A stretch of 64,000 nucleotides of DNA, taken from contig NC_045697.1 of the NCBI RefSeq assembly GCF_009834535.1, positions 5,396,001-5,460,000 of the forward strand. The letters run 5' to 3'. This document shows positions 12,120 through 24,070 of this stretch, piece by piece; the stretch's first letter is position 1; the number at the start of each line of letters is the position of its first letter. Below the pieces are notes generated by a model, which saw nothing but the letters and a program-made list of their open reading frames with translations, did no database searches and had not been told where the DNA came from. The position numbers were made by a program, and so were the translations under genes. Source of the stretch: Camelus ferus. Lineage: Eukaryota.

Positions 12120-12690
12120 GAGCCCATCACAGCCATATTTAATTTAATTAAGGCTGTCAGCACTATTGATTTTGGCAGTTTCAATTACTAGCCTGTTATG
12201 GTTTCTGGATCAACTGATCTGTGATGGGTCCTATCAGCAAAGACACACATGGAAGAGAGGGCCCTTCATCTCCTTTAAAACCTGACACATCCTGCCACGG
12301 GCCATAAGTTATTGCTTTTATCCAGTCCTGCTCCCCTTCCCTTCCTCATAATTAATTTCTCATTAGACAGCTCTTTATTGTTTAATTTGTGCAGTTTATA
12401 ATCAAATTGGGCACATTAATTGTCGTTGAATTTAAGGCTAATGAAAAATAAAGGTTTTCCATAACTTACTCTTCCATTACTCCCGACAAGATAAAATAAA
12501 GCGCTCGGAGAAGTGTCAGCTTTTGAAATTATAAATTAGGTTTTTTAAAGAGCATGGGCATTTAAGGAGCAGTTATCACACATTTAGTAATTAAAATCCG
12601 ATGCTGCAAAACAATTATTAAGATATAATTACGCTGCTTTACTCTTAGGCAGCCCGGCAGCTGGTTACAGGCTCGATTCTTCGTTAAGAT
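12120..12690. promoter_or_regulatory. Candidate deeply conserved developmental enhancer (homeodomain-rich)
   Basis: AT-rich, repeat-free island in GC-rich surroundings. Many TAAT/ATTA cores (ttaattaa 12144-12151, cataattaat, cattaattg, gtaattaa, ataattac) and a MEIS-type CTGTCA at 12154. Confidence 0.55.
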
Positions 12691-14025
12691 GGGTGGGGGC
12701 TTCTGTGGGGGTTGAGGAGTGGGGAGAGCTAGGTGGGCAAACTGGGGACCCGGGAGGCAGCAGTGCTTCTGACTTTTGATTATTTGATGAAGGGGGTGGG
12801 TATCAAAGAAGCACCCACTCCTGGGGCTTGTCTCTTGGTCCTTCAGATCTCTGAAAGGCCACTCAGGACCCACGGGTGTGCCTGGCCTGTGCCAAGTCCT
12901 AGAGAAAGAGCTACCAAGCAGACATGGACCAGACCGACAGACACGCAGACAAAAGGATGCACAGGTTGGCGGGGAGCAAACGAGGGAGGGAGTGGTTGGA
13001 TCCACCTGCGGGGTGACCAGCTCCACCTGTGTGGGTGGTCAGGCCCACCTGTGAGGGGGTCAGATCTACCTTTGGAGATGACCGTATCCACCTGAGGAAG
13101 TGTGGGTGGCGTGGACGGAAAGAAGGGGTAGTGTGTTTAATGACCAGATACCAAATAGGACTCTGGGAGGACTCGTGCGGCTGAGTGCCTACTATGTGCC
13201 ATTCACTGCTAAACCCTGGCATAACATTACCTCATATAATCCACCCACACTCCTCAGGGGTTTGCTCCCCATTTTGCAGATGAGGAAGCTGAGGCCTGTG
13301 GAGGTGGATCCCACACAGCTCTTCTGTGGCAGCACTGGCTGTAAACCTGGTCTCCCTTCACACGGCACCACTCTGCACCTGCTGCTCTGTGAACACCTAC
13401 TGTGTGCAGGGAACCATGACAGGGGCTGCATGAGAAACAGGCGAGGTAGACAAGGTCCAGCTCTCAGAGTGATGTGTGGGACCTGGATGTGCCCACTGGA
13501 ATCCCAGAGGATGTAATGCGAAGAGACAAGGGGCACATGTCAAAGGTGGCTTTGTACTAGACATACCACTAAAGAACCTGCTTGGTCCAACTCCCACTGC
13601 AGGATTTACAGTGTGTAGAGCGATTGACACGCTCAGCACCACCGTGCCAGGCCCTCAGGGCCAGAGGTGAGGAGGCTGATATTCTACCGGCAAAGTGGAC
13701 TTGAATGGAGAAGCTTCCAGAAAAATGTGGGAGGCTTCCCAAAGGCAGGCAGCTTTGGGCTTATAGAAGGGTCTCTGGGGGAGAGGTTGGTAGTGACCTC
13801 TCTGAGAAGTAACATTTAGACTATAACTCAGGGACCAGCAGGAGACCCAAAGACAGGAAAGCTGCCAGCTTGTCTGGGAAACTGAAGACTAAATGGCCAG
13901 AGTGAGTGAGGAAGAGAGCCTTAGAGGGCGAGGACAGAGGTACAGCAGGGGCCAGAGCCCATAGTGCTTCCTAAGTCAGGACAGGGAGGTTGGCTTTAAA
14001 CCTAAGAATAGTGAGAAGCCATTGG

Positions 14026-14082
14026 TTGTTGTTGTTTTTTTAACTGAGATATAACTGGCATACCATAAAATACACACTCTTA
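14026..14082 (-). mobile_element. Very short L1 3'-end insertion with 10-bp TSD
   Basis: T-rich tail plus aactgagatataactggcataccataaaatacacactctta, flanked by aagccattgg at 14016-14025 and 14083-14092. Confidence 0.7.
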
Positions 14083-14107
14083 AAGCCATTGGGTTTTAAG
14101 CAGGGGA

Positions 14108-14650
14108 TGTTGGAAGACTATAACAGTGGGCTCTTAAGATGGTCCCCATGATCCTTTCCCACTATGGGATGGAGGATGTGGGAATAACCTATCACCTGCT
14201 TCTAACCAATAGAATATGGCAAAGCTGATGGGATGTTTGTGATTCCGTGTACATGATTAGGTTTTATAAGCCTGTAACACACATCTTTCTGAGTGATTCC
14301 CTCTTGCTGGCATGGACGAGGCATGCTCCCATTTAGGGAAGCCCAAATTCAGGCAAGGGACTGCAGATGGCTTCTAAGAACTGAAGGGACCTTCCAGCTG
14401 ACAGCCAGCAAGAAACAGAAGCCCTCCATCCCACAGCCATAAAGAATTAAATTCTGCCAACCACCCCATGTGGGCTTGTAAACAGACCCGTTTCTGGTCA
14501 AGCCTCCAGATGAAAACCCAGCCTAGCAGAGGACCTACTTACGCTTCTTCCAGACTTCAGACTCACAGAAACTATGAGATAAAAATCTAGATTATTTTAA
14601 GTTGCTAAGGTTGTAGCAGTATTGTTACACAGTGATAGCTAACTGATACA
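14108..14650 (+). mobile_element. MaLR LTR (MLT1D/E-like)
   Basis: taagatggtccccatgatcc...cttctaaccaatagaatatggcaaag...cagctgacagccagcaagaaac...aattctgccaac...caagcctccagatga...tgttacacagtgatagctaactgataca. Confidence 0.85.
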
Positions 14651-14659
14651 ATGACCATC

Positions 14660-15170
14660 CTTTGTGGGTCTGCCATATTTCTACACATCTGACAATCAGA
14701 AGCACTGACTGCCTTTGTTTCACATTGTCTTTTCAAAGATGTTTGTATATAAATAGCCTGGGAAGGTAAAAAGAGTGTCTGCCTCCCACGCAGAGCATGG
14801 ATTTGTTTACTGACTATCGTGATGAAGAGAAATATCTCCCTCTGGGCCAAAGTTTGGGCAGGTTTGCTTTTAGCTCATTAGAAAAAATTTGGGGTCCCTA
14901 AGTTTGGGGCTCCTTTCCTGTCATGCTGCCCACTGCCTGTGCAGGCATTTCTTGGCCCTGTTACATCACCCTTGTGGGAACTGGGGAATTGGGGAAATGG
15001 TTCAAGGAAAGGATGAAGCCCGTGCTATGGGCATTGCTGTCAGTGATACACTCTTCCTTGTCTCTGACCAAAGAGTCTCTTGTCTTCTGCCAATGTCCAC
15101 GAAACTGTGACAGGCTAACTTATTAGCTCTCAAGTATCTTAAAATCGCAGACCCTCTACTGTCCCTGACA
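14660..15170 (+). mobile_element. Solo ERV-type LTR, subfamily not assigned
   Basis: About 510 bp LTR-like block ending tgaca; ctccctctgggccaaag...gggcaggtttgc...gggtccctaag...tctctgaccaaagagtctcttgtcttctgcca resembles old eutherian ERV LTRs. Confidence 0.6.
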
Positions 15171-15305
15171 GAAGACTGACATGATCTTACTTGCATTTTT
15201 AAAAACCCTCTTGGGCTGTTCCGTAGAGGAAACAGGAAGGTGGGAATGGAAGCAAGAAGACAAAGCGGCCATTGACTCAGTCATCCAGGCAGAAGCCCAT
15301 GGGGG

Positions 15306-15668
15306 TGCTATGGCTAAGTGTTCATGTTCCCCCTACCCGTATGTTGAAGACCTAACCCCCAATGTGATAGTATTGGGAGGTGGGGCTCTGGGGGGGTAAT
15401 TGGGTTTGGATGAGGGCTTGAGGGTGGGGCCCTTATGATGGGATTAGTGTCCTTACACGAAGAGGAAGGACACCAGAGACGTCTGTCTTTTTCCACCAGT
15501 GGGAAGGTAGCCGTCTGTAAGCCAGGAAGGGCTCTCATCAGGAACCAAATCAACCAGCACCTTGATTTGGTGTTTCCCAGGCCCCAGAACCATGAGAAAT
15601 ATCTATCTGTTGTTTGAAGCCCCCCAGTCTACTGGATTTTATTGTGGTAGCTTGCACTGACTGAGACG
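15306..15668 (+). mobile_element. MaLR LTR (MLT1A-like)
   Basis: tgctatggc...tatgttgaagacctaacccccaatgtgatagtattgggaggtgggg...gatgggattagtgtcctta...gactgagacg. Confidence 0.88.
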
Positions 15669-16419
15669 AAAGTCTTGGACCAGAACTGATGAAGATGGTG
15701 TCATGAGATTTGGAGGAAGGTCTGGCTACTTAGTGAGGGACGAGGAAATGGAGAGAGGAGTCAAGAACACTCCTGAGCTTTTGGCCTGTGCACATGGAGT
15801 GAAGGTAGTTCTGTTTGTTAAGATGAGGAGGGAGGGGGCCACAGAGGAGGGCATGGGGAGAAACCGCTTAGTTCTGGACATGTTAGAGAGGAGACGTGTA
15901 TTAGACGTATAAGGGAGAAGATGGTGTGTGAGCCTGGAGCTCAAGAGAGGCGTGTGGACTGGAGATTCAGATGTACAGGAGAATGCAGAGAGGAGGGGAG
16001 GGGGCAGATAAAAGAGGCTCTGGGATGGGCCTTTGGGGCCCTCCAGCGTGGGAAGGTCTGGCTAAAGCACCAGCCAAATTCAAATGAAGGCCCTAAGCAT
16101 TGACCAAGGGGAGTGGAGTTCTATGTCAGGGTCAGACAGCCCCTTGCCCGGCTGGGCATTTCCCCTCTTGTTTCTGGCTTATGAGGAGGTCCAAGGATAC
16201 TTGGACCACAGTCCCCGGAAAGTGAAGGCCTTGAGGGGCCTGGAGAAGCAATTTGCTAACTGGTATGAAAGGATTCTCACAGCTAAACACCCAGAATAAT
16301 TGTCCCAGTGTCCACTGACTATCACCCAACTTCAAGACCCCTTTGCAGGTGTGACCTGGGAGCCCCCCAATCCTTGACCCGCCTCCCAGCAGGGATACTA
16401 ACTTGGTTGCCAACTGGTC

Positions 16420-16935
16420 ACTGCTTCCAGCTCCTGAATTTTCATTAAAACCCTGGGCATTTCCCCAGAGCTCAAAGGCGTCCCGATTAATTACGGGCAA
16501 ATGTTGGCTCTCCCCCCGGAAATCTGCCGCCCCAGCCTGGCTCCGTCCCCTATGATTTTATTAAAATCCACCTTGCCAGCCAGGGCCCTGAGATTTATGG
16601 CCGCAGCTAATAGGCTGCCTCCCCACGAGACATAAATCTGGGGCCTGCCCTGGGAGCTGCTTGCTGCTAAGAGGCCGGTTAATTGTTCCACCTAGAGGGG
16701 TCCACGGAGGAATGTTCAATTAGGCCTCTCAGAAAATTTGGAGCATTAAATAAGGTGAACAGGGATTCGGGCACCATAATTTTCTGAGAAACGGCCCTTT
16801 CTTGCTCCCTTGGCCAGTTGCAGGCCCCTGGGCCTCCTCTGGCTTCTCTCAGGCCAGGAGGCATTCTCGAGGGTCACACGGCAGCGCTCTCCGTAGTCAG
16901 TTGGAAACCAGGCAGCTGCCGGATTTATCATCCTC
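16420..16935. promoter_or_regulatory. Candidate conserved enhancer
   Basis: Repeat-free and retains CpGs; cccgattaattacggg, gatttatggcc and cataaatc (HOX/PBX-like), ttaattg, caattag, cattaaat. Confidence 0.45.
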
Positions 16936-18261
16936 CAGAAGTCCTTGGAACTTTCTCACCTAAAGTTACCTGCTGACTAGCCTCTCTGCATCCTTGGAGA
17001 GTTACCTCCACTCTTTTAGCCTCCATTTCCCTCCCTATAAGATGGGGTAACATGGGCTGTTCCATCCACAGCCCCCACCCAGTAAGGCTGGAGAGTCACA
17101 TTCATTCATTTGCTCATTCAACAACTATGGCCGAGTCATTGGCACAACAAGCTATGGGCTTCCTACGTGCCAGGAAACATGCAAGATCTGGGGCTACAGG
17201 GAGAAAAACCGAAGGTCCTGCCCTCAAGGAACTCACAGCCTTGACGGAAGGCAGATGAAGGGACCCTGAAGATGCTGACTGCTAAACGTTGTGATAGAGG
17301 CCCTGGGGAGGGGAGGTGGGAGCCCAAAGGAGACACCTAACCAGCTGGAGAGTGGCGTCAGTCAGGGAGGACTTCCTGGAAGAGGAGACCAGAGTTAGAT
17401 GATTTTGCTGTACCTCGGTATGGCTGAGCTCTCCCAGGGCATCACCCTAGCATGTCCCATGAAGCTTATTTGTGAGCACATGTTGGGACTACCTTGCTTT
17501 CACTCTAGACGGGCCACTGCAGGTTAAGAGTCAACTGCTGTAGAGTAAGAACCTGGAGTTTTCGGAGAGGTCGAGTAAAAGGCCCACGGACACACAGCTG
17601 GCAAATGGTAGAGCAGATGGCAAGCCTTGGGTGGACAGCTCTGCAGGATGTGTGGCCAGGCCAAGGGCCTCCAGCCACCGTGGTCCACAGCCCAGCGAGT
17701 GCCTGGCAGTGACAGCCACAGACCCAGATCCCACCCTCTGCCGGGAGAGGCCTTCATCAAGTCACCATTTCTGAGACCTGAATTTTGGCAAGCTCTGCAT
17801 TTGTTCCACACCTCTTGGCCTGAACCCGGCTGGGACCTTGGTCTGGCTCCCCAGGCCACACAATCCCCCATCCGTGGAAGGAGAACCCCCTTCTCTGTCT
17901 CCTCTAAGATGGATCAGTCCCCCAGGTTTTTGGAGCTTGGTCCCCAAATGGGGCTGGAACCAAGGTTGAGCCACTGACTGACCCCTGTGTACACATTGCC
18001 TGCCCTGTGGGCTGTCTCCTTATTAATTCTCCTTGAATCACTGTGCTTGAAACATACCATATCTTTCCTTTTGGACCCTGATGGTTATCAACATCAGGTA
18101 AGATAGAGACTGGAAAATGTCCCCTAGGTTTAGGCTCAAACGATGCCTACAATTCTAACCTTACTTGGGTCAGTGAGCTGCGGGGCTCTGCTGACTTGAG
18201 ACGGAACGTTTTTTTCCCCAGCCTCACGACTACCACTACTAAGGTCATCGCACACCGGCGG

Positions 18262-18306
18262 CTCAGCCTCTAAGCCCGACGCCTCAGCCTCTAAGCCCGA
18301 CGCCTC
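18262..18306. repeat. Perfect 21-bp tandem duplication
   Basis: ctcagcctctaagcccgacgc at 18262-18282 and 18283-18303. Confidence 0.95.
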
Positions 18307-21300
18307 GCTCCTGAACGTGGGGAAGGGCACCCCATGCAGCTGCGTGGACCTGGGTGAGCCCCGGCGATCTTGTTCCACCCTCTTTGCCCTTCCGTGCCTC
18401 AGTTTCCTTCTCCATTGCTAGGAATACAACAACCAGCCTCTGAAGACGGTTAGGGGGACGTGTGGTGCAACATGGCTAGGAAAATACTTGGCAAGCTAGA
18501 AAGTGCCAGGAGAACAGAATGGATTATCACAAAGCTTTTGCGTTTTTATTTTTAACCTGCATGAAATTCTGGAAACCATTGGCTGCCAAGAAATGCTAAG
18601 CTGTAGTTTATGTTCCACGGGGAAATCGGGTTTATTTTAAGCGGGGAATTGAGGGTGTGCAGCTTATTTATTTGGGAAACGTGGAACGAGCCAAGGGGGC
18701 CCCAGCCACCCGGCTCTCTGCTGGCGTTGCCCCGAGTTCGTTCCAGCCAATCCATTGGCTCGGAGTGGAAGCGCTTTCCAGAATCTGGGAACAAGGTTAT
18801 TTTCGCCCAAGGTCACTGCCTCCCTCATCTCCCTCACCTGGAATGTTGGGCAGCCTGGGGCTGACAGCTCTGCAGGATGTGCGGTCAGATCAGGAGCTCC
18901 AAACTCAGCTCCCCCACAAATGTAATAACTTTTCACACCAGTAGAGGTGTCGCTGCTGGTCGTGTGCACAGAGACATAGCAACAGCTAACTCCCCCGGCC
19001 AGCCTGGAGGGGACGGCAAGGCCCCAGGCCCTGTCCTTCAGGAGGGGACACTCATTTCCCAGCTTTGGGGAGTGGTGGTGGCAAAGACTCTCTCCTGAGT
19101 CCTTCTCCAGACTCGCCCTCAGCTAAAGAGCCATCTTGCTTAAGGAGGGAGGAGGAGTAACTGCAGTCCATGGAGGGGCAGCTCTGTTCCTCCTCCTGAG
19201 CCCACGATGCATCTGCAGAGCTGCCGGGTCCGACTTCCCTCCCCTTCTCTCCCCTATAAAGTCTGCACAGGAATCAGAGTCTGTTTTCCAGGGAACTGGA
19301 CCTGTGACAAACCCTAAGAGTAGCTGTCCCCCTTCAGAGATGAGAAAACGGAGGCACAGAAGTTGGAGAAACTCTCACGAGGCCCCGCAGCTGGGAACTG
19401 GCAGAGCTGGGATCGGAACCAAGGCCTTCTGGCTCCCAGGGAGGTGTGCTCTGCGCTTGGCATCAGCAGACACCCACCGTGTGTACAAGCGGCGCAGCCC
19501 AAACCCAGCCCTGCAGACACGTGGGGCTCCTGCGCACAGGAGAGCACGGAGCGCGGGGAGGGCACCGAGGGCTGCAGCGGTGGCCCCGCCGAAGGGCTGG
19601 CCCAGCCATTCCTTCCTCGCTATGCTTCCCCACAGTGTCCACAGCTCTGGGTAGCTGACCTGTCACCTCGGCCTCGGCCCCGAGGCTCCTGACGTTCCCT
19701 GCCAGGGAAGAGGAATGGGACATCCCATGCTGGTCCACGTGGACTCAAGTGACTAGGATACAGTCCCTGCAGACCCACGGCTCACCCTCTAGCCAAGGAG
19801 ACCGATGTGTTAACAGTTCGGTTCCCCAAGCCTGGTGCACCAGGCGCAGAGCTGCGCACCGAAACCCAGAGGAGAGACACCGCCCCTGCCCTCTGTCCCT
19901 GCCCGGACTCACTAAAGCGCTGCTTGCTGCAGGAAGGCGCCCTGGCTGCCAACCAGAAAGTAGCCCAAAGCAGTAGAAAGAGGGCCCAGCCTCACTTTCT
20001 CTTCCGCTCTGACTGTGTGGACTCAGTGGAACCTAATTTGTCTCCATCCCCAGCTGCAAGGAAGTCTGGGAAATAAAGTTTTTGGCTTTCCAGTCCCTGC
20101 AGGTGAGGAAGGAGCCACAGCTGGAGGTGAGCCGGGATACTGGGAGCCAACCAACCACACCCACCGGTCAGGCATCAACCCATGTGCAGTTTTCTCCACG
20201 GCGCCTGTCAGCAGCCCACACCTCCTTATGTGTTATGCTTAGGGTCTTTGCCCCCTAGAATGTGAGCACTGTCTTCTATACCCCCAGCACCTGTCCTGTG
20301 CCAGGCTTTTGGTAGGTGTCCAATGAGTATTTGTTGAGTGGATGAATGATGTCTTATCTAAATCATTGCAACTGCCTCCCACAGGTTGTTTTGCTCCCAG
20401 CCTTTCACCATTCCACCCTCCACGCTGCCCCTAGGGATCCCTCCCCCAAATAAGGCTCATTCAATCTCTCCCCTCCTGAAAATCTTTCCATGGCTTCTAG
20501 TTGCTGAGGAACCATGTCCAGACTCTCCTGCCAGCCTGTAGGGGCCCCTTTAATCCAGACTCTGCATTCCCAGCCTCATTACCCATGCACCCCACCACTG
20601 CCCACCTGGGCTCCCCCCGGGTGCTTCCCCCATTCCTAATACACTGCAGCTTGCCTTGCCTCTCTGCACTGAATGTCCTTCCATACTTCTCTGAGAACCA
20701 GACTTCTATTTAAGTTTCAAAGCCCAACCCCTAACTGCCCTCTCCTACAGGGCCATGGCTATCTACTTGTCTTTTTTTCTGTTTCCTTGCCCATCTCCTC
20801 TCCAGACAGTCTGCTCTTAGAGGCCAGTGACTCTGTTCTAGTGATCTCTGCAACCCCAGAACCCATGCCTCATACAAAATGGGCACACAGGAGATGCTGG
20901 ATGGATGGATGGATGGATGAACAACATTGCAGGATGAGCTCAAAGAACCACGAGTTGTCTGGTGTAGCTAGAACTTAGGATTTGGGACGTATTTAAGGAA
21001 TTATTCTCACACTGTCTTCCCGACTTGATCCTTACTGACAGTGCCATGAGGTAATCAGGGGGCAGATTTCACTCCCATTTTAAAGGCAAAGAAACTGAGG
21101 CCGGGAGAGGTTTAAGCAACACAGATCAGCAAGTGGCAAAGCAGAGACCAGAATCCGGACCGCACGACTCCAGAGGGAGTGCTCCTGGCTCAGCTCACCC
21201 CGGCGGCCAAGAGACTGGCCGCAATTAAGACTTCGCCAAGAAGGAAGGGCCTTTTGATCCAAATTATATGGCCCTTTGTGCTCGAAGCAATTAACACAGA

Positions 21301-22044
21301 GCCACCGGATGGTGTTCGCAGTTGGTTCGCCCGCCCGCGTGGGCGACGCAGAGACATCATTATCTGGTGCCACGTAGCCTGCCCAACCCTGCCCCAGACC
21401 CAGGGCCCTGGTTGGAGCCTGGATTCTCAAGTCCTGCTAGGGAGCTGGAGGGGCGTCAGTCCCTGCAGGCTGCAGAGTTTGGGCCCCAGGCCAGCCGGCT
21501 CCAGGCCTCCCCTCTTCCACACTGGATCAATCCTCCCCTTCGCAGATGGGCCCCTTCCGAGTACCCCACTGAAATCTGTACCCTCCACCCCCACAACCGC
21601 TCCCAATCCCTTATACTGACTCGCCTCTTCCTTTTTTTCACCCATGCCCCCCAGCACCTCATCTGAGGCCTGGCTTACAAGGGGACACTTGACAGACGTT
21701 GGCTGGATGGATGGGTGAATGAAGAAATGCACGAGCGCCAGGGTGCTACCGCCGGGTGGGATGACTTTGAGCCGGTTGACTCACCCTCTCCAGGCCTCTG
21801 GTGCCGCTCTGCAGAACGGGGAGAGGTATTGCTACCTCATGCAGTCAGTGCAAGACCCCTGGGGACACCAGAGGTGGCAGCACTTGCCTTGGGGCCTGGC
21901 ACTTAGTAGGGTCTCAAACTTTTCCCCTTGCTCCTCTGACCTCCCCCTGCAATTCCTGCAATGGTACTTGCTGGTCATCTAATCCAATTTCACATCTCTG
22001 AGTGAGTGACTGTCCAGATCGAAGGTAGAGGGAATCAGGTTTCC

Positions 22045-22235
22045 AATCAGCTACTGCTGGGTAACAAATGACCCCATAGTTAGTGACTTAAAACAATCAT
22101 TTTTTTCTATGTCATGATTTGGGGGTCAGATCTGGGCAGGGTTCACGGGGCCATTCTCAAGCTCCGTGTGGCTTTGGCTGGGGTCACTTAGTGGTACTCA
22201 GCAGGAAGTTGGGCTGAACTGAAGGTAATGTGCAG
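22045..22235 (-). mobile_element. MaLR LTR fragment (MLT1F/G/H-like)
   Basis: atcagctactgctgggtaacaaatgacccc...tagtgacttaaaacaatcattt...gggtcagatctgggcaggg...gctggggtcact. Confidence 0.65.
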
Positions 22236-22334
22236 ACATGAAAGGCAAGTTCAAGGTGATCCCCTTCACACCTGGGTTCATTGTCCAATTCCTGACAGAT
22301 ATGGGGTGCAGTGGTAAGTACTCAGTGGTGGTAA

Positions 22335-22570
22335 TCACTGTTACCATCACCACCACCACCATCATCACCATCACCATTGTCACCATCATCACCATCACCA
22401 TTGTCACCATCATCACCATCACTGTCATCACTCACCACCTTCATCACCATCAGCAACAGCAGCTTTATTACCACCATCATCCCCATTTTCATTATCACTA
22501 CCACCAACCTCACTATCACCATTGTCATCACCTTCACCAACACCATCATCATCTTTACCACCATCATCTT
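22335..22570. repeat. (CAT/CAC)n trinucleotide simple repeat
   Basis: catcaccaccaccaccatcatcaccatcaccattgtcaccatc..., degenerate over ~235 bp. Confidence 0.9.
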
Positions 22571-23859
22571 GCAGAAACAGACTGTCAGGACTGGAAGAAC
22601 TCTTGGAGGCTCCCTAGCCCAACATTTATTTTCCAAAAGGAGAAACTGAGACCAGAGATTGGTCCAAAGTGAAGCACTGAGTTAAGGACAGAGCTAGAAC
22701 TGGAACCAAGGGCTTCAGCCCCCTGCTCCAGTGCTCCTGCCCCTGCCACAAGACCATGTGTGTAACATATGGAGCGGCAAACCTTCATCAGAGGACTCTT
22801 AGGGAGTGGAAGGAGACTGGATGATTCTCTCTTCTTCCAAGTGGTCCCAACTCTTTCACTCATTTGTTTTGTCTTTTCATAGTCAGTCATCTACCTATTG
22901 CTTTTAGACCCTTAACAGGTATCAGAAGTAAGGATATTTCTAGCAAATTGGGGTTTTTTTAGTGGAAATTTTTTTAATGAAATGGAGCCCAAAGAGACAG
23001 ACTAGGAGCCATTTTTCTTGGGAGCCCTGATGATTCAGAAGCTGAAGTTCTGACACATGGGGAAAGTGGGGCTAAAGTGATGGCAGCTCCTACAGGCAGT
23101 TCTCTTACGGATGCTCGTGAAGCTCTTACAACACTCCCAAAGAAGTCCTGTGGAATTCCAGAATCCTTTGTATGGAAGTTTTGCAGAGGATCCTCATGAA
23201 ATGTTTCCTGAGCACTCTCGGAGGTCCTGCTGCATTTCCTTGGGCTGTTTCCAGAATTCTCCCATCTGTTACTCCTCTTTTGTGGTGAACCCTCTCACGA
23301 GTCTCACATCACGGTCGGAGAAGCCCTATGGAATTCTCAACGAATGTTCATGAAAACCTCCCAGAGTTGCTGTGTGATCCTTGATGAATTCTCACAGAAA
23401 TACTCCGGAATTCCTACTTGAAAAGTTCCCTCAGCTTCTATGGAATTTTTAACTAACTCTCAAGGCATGCTAATAAGATTCCCATGAAACGTTCACAGAA
23501 CTTGCATTCAATTATCTTAGAAACCGCAGAGGACACTTGCAGGAATCTTGCCGAATTCCCTGGGAATACAAATAAACCGAAGACTCTAGAAACTACCAAG
23601 GAAGGACAGGCCCAGCCCTCGGGGTCTATGTCAGAGGGGGCTCGGGACTAGGAGAGGAGCGGGGGCGTCTCCTCCGGATGTAGTAAGAAGGCAGGACTCA
23701 AGGCTGGACTTGAGCCCCAGGAAGGAAGATGCAAGACGGGGGACCAGTCTGGATTCTCTCAGCAAATATTTTCCCATTCTACCCTGTGTTGTCCCACTTC
23801 AAAGGCATCTCCACCCAGGACCTAGCGACAATTGATCGGAACGTCCCCAGTAAAGCCTT

Positions 23860-24070
23860 GCACATTGTTAACCATCCCCAACCCTTCCTTGGAGCCTCAG
23901 GCTAGCCGTGAATGTTGTCCAAATCATTAATTAAGCCCAAGTCAATTAAAAGCCGTGGATGTTGGCACATCCTGGGCACAATTTACATCTATTGATGTAA
24001 AGTAATTCTTTTCAGAGAGGAAGACAGCGTCATGCTGGCCACGACAGCATTGAGCCCTCCCCAGAGCCTG
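23860..24070. promoter_or_regulatory. Candidate conserved non-coding element
   Basis: cattaattaag and caattaaaa plus two short perfect inverted repeats; repeat-free. Confidence 0.35.

Larger units (their letters stand above)
13780..16050 (-). mobile_element. L2 element broken up by four later insertions
   Basis: L2 text gagaagccattgg..ttttaagcagggga continues as tgacatgatcttacttgcatttttaaaa (~15177) and again after ~15670 (gagagaggagtcaagaacactcctgag...ttagttctggacatgtt...gagctcaagagagg). Confidence 0.7.

Noticed and set aside
16084..16299. Short ORF with protein-like composition (YEEVQGYLDHSPRKVKALRGLEKQFANWYERIL)
   Set aside because: No recognisable family, no convincing splice context and no partner exons; consistent with chance.
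22238..22672. 144-aa His/Thr/Ile-rich ORF
   Set aside because: Translation of a (CAT/CAC)n simple repeat; its tail (FQKEKLRPE) is MIR-derived.
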